A stretch of DNA of 64,000 bases, from the NCBI GenBank assembly GCA_051453625.1, contig JBOZIK010000001.1, positions 31,732,087 to 31,796,086 on the forward strand. Direction: 5' to 3'. This DNA is from Welwitschia mirabilis. Its lineage: Eukaryota. The notes under the pieces were generated by a model. It was not told where the DNA came from. It ran no database searches and saw only the letters and a list, made by a program, of their open reading frames with translations. This document shows, piece after piece, positions 56,701-64,000 of the stretch (the stretch's first letter is position 1; each line of letters begins with the position of its first letter). Both the position numbers and the translations under genes were made by a program.

Positions 56701-59700
56701 ATAAGGAATTAGAATGAACCCCATAAAAGTTAATGTCATTAAAAACTCTAGTCCTTCAACTAATGATAAACAAGTTAGATCTTTTCTTAGTTACGCTATT
56801 TTTGTTTGATAATTCATTTATGATTATGTCAAAATTTATAAATCTCTTTACTCCTTACTAAAAAAAGATGTTAAATTCAATTAGAATAATTCATGCTAAC
56901 TTGCTTTTAAAACTCTAAAAAAAAACATTTCTTTTGAACCTATTGTCATAGGTCCCCGTTGGAGTAAAAACTTTGAACTTATGTGTGATGTAATCAACAT
57001 TATTGTAGGGGTGGTTCTTGGTCAAAAATGTAAAAAAAAAATTTTAAATTTATATCTTATCTTAGTAAAAATTTATTCTCAACCCAATCCAACTACACTA
57101 TTACTGAGAGAGAAATGCTTTCTGTTATCTTTTGTCTAGATCATCTTCGACATTATCTTCTTAGCTTTTACATCGATGTTTATACAAATCATGAAGCCAT
57201 TTTCTATCTTATGACTAAAAAATAATATAGTTCCAAACTTATTAGGTGGATTCTTCTCATGTAAGAATTTAATCTCATCATCATTGCTAAAGATGAAAAA
57301 CATAATAATGTTGTCGATCATCTATCTCAACTTTCTTGATCTCATGATGAACTTCTGATTAATGAATCTTTTGTAGATGAATAACTCTTTACAATTAAGT
57401 AACTTTATGCTATCTCTAATACTCATCCCACTCCTTGGTATGCTAATATTATGAACTATCTTATTAATANNNNNNNNNNNNNNNNNNNNNNNNNNNNNNN
57501 NNNNNNNNNNNNNNNNNNNNNNNNNNNNNNNNNNNNNNNNNNNNNNNNNNNNNNNNNNNNNNNNNNNNNTTTTATAATTAACTAACTTTATGCTATCTCT
57601 AATACTCATCCCACTCCTTGGTATTCTAATATTATAAACTATATTATTAATATAAAAACTCCTTAGCATTGGAACCATAGCCAATGTAAATCTTTTCTCC
57701 ATAGGATCGGTGACTATGGGTGAAGTGAACACCATCTCTATAGATGTTGTAAAGATTAAATTATGCATAAGTATGTACCTGAGTGGGAAGATTTAAAAAT
57801 CCTAAAACTNNNNNNNNNNNNNNNNNNNNNNNNNNNNNNNNNNNNNNNNNNNNNNNNNNNNNNNNNNNNNNNNNNNNNNNNNNNNNNNNNNNNNNNNNNN
57901 NNNNNNNNNTGCATAAGTATGTACCTGAGTGGGAAGATTTAGAAATCCTAAAACTTTGCCATGATGGAATATGTGGAGCATACTTTAGTGGCTAAAAACC
58001 ACGATGAAAATTCTTCACTCTGGTTTTTATTAGCCTACTCTTTTTAAGAATTCCTTTAACTTTTCTAGATGGTGTAATGCATGTTAATATTATGGTAACC
58101 TCTCTTATTTTTAAGATATGCCCCTCAAATGTATATTTGAACATGAACCTTTTGATTATTAGGAAATTAATTTTATAGGCTGAATTACACCACCTTTCCA
58201 TGATAAGAATTATATCCTTATAGTAGTATATTATATTACTAAGTGGGTAGGACCTATTCCTACTATCAAAAATGATGTTCAAACTATTTGAAACTTTATT
58301 AGACCTTATATTTTTCAATGTTTTGGTCTTTCACGAATTATCATTAGTGATAAGAGAACTTATTTTATTAATTACCTCTTTAGTAAACTTCATTTATTCA
58401 TTGGAATTGAAAATAAAATTGCTTATGCCTATCATTCTAAAACTAATGGACAAGATGAAAATGTAAATAGAGAAATTAAAAAGATGCTTCAGAAATTAGT
58501 CTCTATCAATATAAAAACATGGTCCTTTAAACTTAATGACATTTTTTAAGCTTACCATACTAGTTGGCATAACTCTCTAAGTTTCTCACCATATGAACAT
58601 ATGTATAGCAAAGTTTATATTCTACTAGTTGATGTTTGCTGTAATGCTTATTGATCCAACCATTTACTTAACCTTGTAGACTTGAATAACATTCTTAAGA
58701 TTGAATTAGCCTAACTTGATCATTTAGATGAAAACATACTCATGCTTTACATCATTAACTCATTCATAAAACTCAAGCTAAGTTTAGACATGATAATAAG
58801 ATTATTCATAAGTAGTTTAAACCTAGTTAACTTGTTCTTTTATATAACATCCTAGTACACATTTTGTATAATAAATTAACTTCTAAATGGTTAGGTCCTT
58901 ATCTTATAGAAAAGTACACTCAAATGGATCAGTTAAGGTTTCTTATTCAAACACTATAGAAAATCAAAAGGTTAATGGACAAAGGTTAAAAATTTATAAG
59001 TGATCTCCTGATGAAACCTTAAACATAATAGAGGCAATTATTTTTGAAGCCCCTCTTAATGAGGAGAACTTTTCTTTTGCCATTATCTAAATTCATTATT
59101 AACTCATTCTTTAGGTAAACATCATGTTATCACTTGAGTATTTTTCACTTGACATATGTATTTTACTTATGAATTTTTCATGATTAATAATATTTTACTT
59201 AGGAATTTAGATGATAATATTGGCTTTATTCAATCTTTATACATTTGTATATCTATGAANNNNNNNNNNNNNNNNNNNNNNNNNNNNNNNNNNNNNNNNN
59301 NNNNNNNNNNNNNNNNNNNNNNNNNNNNNNNNNNNNNNNNNNNNNNNNNNNNNNNNNNNNNNNNNNNNNNNNNNNNNNNNNNNNNNNNNNNNNNNNNNNN
59401 NNNNNNNNNNNNNNNNNNNNNNNNNNNNNNNNNNNNNNNNNNNNNNNNNNNNNNNNNNNNNNNNNNNNNNNNNNNNNNNNNNNNNNNNNNNNNNNNNNNN
59501 NNNNNNNNNNNNNNNNNNNNNNNNNNNNNNNNNNNNNNNNNNNNNNNNNNNNNNNNNNNNNNNNNNNNNNNNNNNNNNNNNNNNNNNNNNNNNNNNNNNN
59601 NNNNNNNNNNNNNNNNNNNNNNNNNNNNNNNNNNNNNNNNNNNNNNNNNNNNNNNNNNNNNNNNNNNNNNNNNNNNNNNNNNNNNNNNNNNNAGGTAAAA

Positions 59701-59953
59701 ATCATGTTATCACTTGAGTATTTTTCACTTGAAATATGTATTTTACTTAGGAATTTAGATGATAATATTGGCTTCATTCAATCTTTATACATTCGTATAT
59801 CTATGAACTTAATTTTAAAGGGAGATGCGTTAGTTATTTTATTCTCTTTCAATGGTGTAAGCAATTAGTTGTTTTTGCATGTTCTTAGTATGTACTTATC
59901 TCATTACTTTACTTTTATTCTTACAAGTACTTGATCATGTGAAATTTTACTTA

Positions 59954-60017
<64 letters not shown>

Positions 60018-63000
60018 GGGTAAAGAAGAGAAATAAAAACCATGTCCTTTCATGTCACCATAATATCCTACCACAAGCGCACTGGGGCACATATTCCTAA
60101 GAGAGGCCTCTGGTAGTGTGATATGGTAGCTATGNNNNNNNNNNNNNNNNNNNNNNNNNNNNNNNNNNNNNNNNNNNNNNNNNNNNNNNNNNNNNNNNNN
60201 NNNNNNNNNNNNNNNNNNNNNNNNNNNNNNNNNNAAGAGAAATAAAAATCATGTCCTTTTATGGTCACCATAATATCCTACCACAAGCGAACTGGGGCAA
60301 ATATTACTAAGAGGGGCCTCTGGTAGTGTGATATGATAGCTATGGAAACTCTACTAGGGGTCAGTTGGCCATGCTATGCGGGTCCTTACTCCTCTGATAA
60401 TGGTTGCACTACCCTCATCATGGTTAAATAAATTATTTTTTGAGGCTACATAATCAATGGTATCCCTAGTGTTATCAGAGATATTTCTTGTTTTGTAGAT
60501 CCATTTTTCTTTCTTTATTTATTTTTATTACTTTTACATGATCACTCTACTTTTTTGGATTCTAGTATTGCTTTGTTATAGTAGCTTGTAAGTTTCTATT
60601 TTAGATAGCTTTTTATCTTATCATTTATTATTTGATAACATTAGATATACTTGACATAATCATGATCATTTCCTCATTGAGTGGTACTTTATGATTTTTA
60701 CATACTATTGTGCATGTTTCATCAAGTGATTTTATGATTGTTACCAAAGGAATTTGTTAGGTTATAATTTAGGGTAAGAAAGCAATATTCTTTATGTTCC
60801 TAGTTGTTCATTTTCATTTTATTTTTCTTTAGCTGTTATGTTAGATTTTTCAAAGTTATTTTCCATACTTTTTTAGCCTTGTATTATGGATCTGATCATT
60901 TTTATAATTTCTTGTTGATACATTTTCCTAGGGATTGATTCTTGATAGGTTTCCATGACCTGATGAGTCTTAAGCTTTCTTTTTCCATGACTTTAGGCAT
61001 ATTTGAGTACTCTTTAATTATTGCTTATTTCTACTTAGTGCATTTTCTTCTACTTTCACACTTTTTCCTCTTCATCATAGGCATGTTTTTTATGTTATTT
61101 CTTTACTTTCTCTCTACTTTGTATTTTTTTCCTATTTTGTGTGTGTTTGCCTATTTTTCTGACTTATCATTTTTGTCCAAATAGCCTATTTGATCATTGT
61201 CATTCCATATCTATCATCCCCATAATATCTAGGATTACATTATGATGTAATTTGGGATATATTACTTCTCTTGTGGGGGTAGGACATCTTTCTAGGCTTT
61301 ATTTTATGATTTTAAGCATAAATTTTTAATATTTGGAGATTTTATGATACATATATATGATGGATTATTTGTATTAATTTTCTTGTTAATTGAATAAATT
61401 TATGGAGAATTCATGAATTTTATATTATAGGATTTAGTAGCACACTCTCAAAAGTTTTCTTGTAGCTATATTTTAGATCATCTAAAGAAAATTCTATATC
61501 TACTCTAAACCTTTACCTTTATGGATGATATTAATAAACTTAAATATATCACTTGTTTGAGGATTAGTACTCTTAAGTCTATCATATTAGTTCATTATTA
61601 CTATTTTTATGCATACACCTTTCCTAAGGTATTAATGTTGTATTTTTATGATTTCTATATGTGTATGGAATTCATTTATTCTATAGTAACATGCTTAAGT
61701 AGGAGGCTTAGGGATATTTNNNNNNNNNNNNNNNNNNNNNNNNNTCTATGATATCTTTTCTCATATGATTTAATTAGACTTACATCTTTTTAGTATTATT
61801 TTAACTTAGTCAAATGGGCTCGTAATATAGTTGATTGCTTATTTTATCAGGACTAACAAGGCTAAGTAGGGGGTTATGTTGTGATGCCAATTTATAGGAA
61901 TTTTATGGTGTATTTTGAGTACTTTTGTAGGAAATTTATATAGGTTTGAATTCAATACTAATGATTATAGAGATCTAACATAATGTTAAATAAACCATGC
62001 AATTATTAGCATATTTGGAGGTTTGTCAGGCTTATTCTAACACTGCATACTTGACAGAATGACTCATCATGTAAGACACTGACTTACCTTTGAGATTGGA
62101 GATAAGGAAGTTTGTCATTCCTTATCTCATCCTCATGATAGTTAGGACAATAACACTATTGACATGGAAAAAATATATGGGACTGATAGTCAGGCATGAA
62201 GATGATGAAGTACCTTTTTGATGTAGGATGACATCCCCTCTATCATCCTCATGACAGTCAGGATAATAGCTCTTTTTTTATGGTAAAAAAGAATTATCTT
62301 TGTAATGGGGTTAAATAATTCATTTAGGCTGTTAGGATTTCTTTTTCAAGTTCTAGGGTTGATTTTCTAGAACTTCAATGTAAAACTATAAATGCCCTTT
62401 CCCTCAGTTATTTTTGTTTNNNNNNNNNNNNNNNNNNNNNNNNNNNNNNNNNNNNNNNNNNNNNNNNNNNNNNNNNNNNNNNNNNNNNNNNNNNNNNNNN
62501 NNNNNNNNNNNNNNNNNNNNNNNNNNNNGATGCTACTATTTTATTATTAACGGATGTAAGTATTCTTGAATTAATCTAGTTACCGTTTGAGTCAATGCAA
62601 TTTCTATTTTTATTTTAATTCTGTGTATGTCCCTTATGGTTTACATTGATTATAGTTTAAAGTGATGATTCTATGATTTATCTAGATCATAAGGGCAACC
62701 TTTGTCAAGGTTGATCTTGCTTAGTATTATATTTGTATTGCTACTTCATTCCATTCCTCATTGCATTTTATATCTTACTTGGTAGATCTCATAGTTCATG
62801 TTCATTAGGAATAAGTTGATTACTCTTCTTAGTTAATTTGAATTACAGAAAAGCTACTTCTTGTGACAAAAGAATTAGGAATTAATAGAACTCATTTCAT
62901 TTCTATTTGTATTTAATTTCTATTCACTTGTATTGCATTTATTTTGTTATTTACCTTTAGCTATTATAATATAAAAAGAACAAAAATATGTTTGGAAGTC

Positions 63001-63148
63001 AATTTTTTAACTGTTAGCCTAGTGCCTTCAATGGGTTTATGACATTCAGGTAAACTTCCATCTATACTAGCATGTTTTTTTCTGCAAGTTATTTGATCTA
63101 TAGGTTTACCTAAAGAACTTTAGGATTGCATAAATTTATACTGAATTA
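47780..63148 (+). mobile_element. Athila-like Ty3/gypsy element, degenerate, with pol present twice; 5' LTR 47780-49049, 3' LTR 61877 to about 63148
   Basis: 5' LTR TGTTGCG..GCAACA followed by decayed PBS TTTAGCACTATTTCTAGGGAA. Protease LIDIRASVNIMP (about 51610). RT KKDYYPLPFLDQ..GYSGYNQI..FGLCNAPETFQ. RNase H, then integrase PWYANIMNYL (53790). A second pol copy occupies 55545-59000. PPT AAGTAGGGGGTTA precedes TGTTGTG at 61877. Confidence 0.88.
59955..60017. repeat. (GA)n microsatellite
   Basis: Run of agagagag... with occasional AA interruptions. Confidence 0.95.
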
Positions 63149-63270
63149 GTAAGGATGACACTGAGGATGGNNNNNNNNNNNNNNNNNNNNNNNNNNNNNN
63201 NNNNNNNNNNNNNNNNNNNNNNNNNNNNNNNNNNNNNNNNNNNNNNNNNNNNNNNNNNNNNNNNNNNNNN

Positions 63271-64000
63271 CCAAAAAGCACATCTATCTAAAAGATTACA
63301 GGGAGCATAAATATTGATCATACTAATAATTATGTTATTTCAATTAAATCAAATCCATACACAATTACCCTCAAGATCCTGATCATGATCAATAATATGA
63401 TTGGTAAGCTTCTGGTGAAGAAGAATAACTGCTCCTCCTCTACCTCTAGAGTGGCAGGAAAAGTAAGAAGAACTTCTAGGAAAGATGCTTTTACAAGCTC
63501 CTTGAAGTTAGAAACCTTAAATTTTAACTTCTTGAAGAAAAAATATATCTAGAATTTTTTTAGCTATATAATCTTAGACAATATATTTTCTTTGGGAGTC
63601 CGAGAGTCCCCAAACATTCTAAGAGATAAGATTCATGATGAAGGATCAAGGGAGGATCCTAATCCCTCATTTATAACCTGCTAAGAATTTGTAGACTTGA
63701 AACTATTAACTATTGATCTATTTAGTCTTTAGAATTAATTTAAGATACCATTTCTAGATTTAGTTATATGATTTATTACACTAGAGGAACTAAATAAGGG
63801 ATTGTTCTAGTAACATGAGCATAGGATTTTTTACTAACCATTTACTAGCCTTCATTTATATTAGTATCCTTGTTGAGAGGTTTGGGATTTTGTGTGGTAG
63901 CTTGATTATCCTCATGACAAGCAGTGCAACCCTCTTCTGAAGATTTTTGAGAAAGGTTCCCTTTATCCATGTTTTCTTGATACCTTTGTTGACCTTGAAA
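63271..64000 (-). mobile_element. L1-clade LINE: ORF2 AP-endonuclease N-terminus (ATG at 63636), with probable ORF1 3' end upstream
   Basis: Minus strand reads MNLIS*NVWGLSDSQRKYIV*DYIAKKILDIFFLQEVK..RGRGGAVILL..MINIYAPCNLLDRCAFW, i.e. the APE motifs SWNVRGL, LQETK, GG..IL, N.YAP..R..FW. Confidence 0.85.

Noticed and set aside
3394-59868. Long ORFs in the track made mostly of X (3394-4065, 19783-20790, 59156-59868)
   Set aside because: They exist only because N runs contain no stop codons.
59879-60100. ORFs with ERERER / SLSLSL tracts
   Set aside because: Translations of a (GA)n microsatellite in TE noncoding DNA.
259-60344. Near-identical 50-160 bp duplications on either side of short N-gaps (e.g. 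259-329/430-500, 1531-1653/1754-1876, 22205-22305/22406-22506, 31898-31967/32068-32136, 55616-55776/55877-56036, 57764-57809/57910-57956, 60027-60134/60235-60344)
   Set aside because: Each pair straddles a gap of about 100 N and differs by only a few bases. This is typical of unmerged overlapping contig ends or haplotypes, not biological tandem repeats.
1-64000. Assigning the host species from low GC and heavy cytosine decay
   Set aside because: The TE lineages and DRP4 point to a land plant, but composition alone cannot identify the taxon.

Overview
AT-rich, strongly CpG-depleted eukaryotic DNA with many N-gaps. The TE lineages are plant types, so this is most likely a land plant. I found no intact protein-coding gene, RNA gene or CRISPR array. 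The window is a nest of decayed retroelements: four Ty1/copia remnants (TAR-like, Ivana/SIRE-like, Ale-like, Tork-like), Ty3/gypsy remnants (Ogre/Tat gag, Tekay, and several nested copies of one Athila-like family), two TRIM-like mini-elements and the start of an L1 LINE ORF2. The ORF track misses one host-derived sequence: a frameshifted pseudogene of a DRP4/Mx-like dynamin GTPase (23445-24669 plus 29414-29590). It is cut at its 5' end by an Ale element and split inside its GED domain by a TRIM+Tork composite bounded by a single CTGAG target-site duplication. I see no convincing new biological system; the DRP4 pseudogene and the TRIM-Tork composite are the most notable items. Lineage calls come from motifs recognised by eye, not from database searches.
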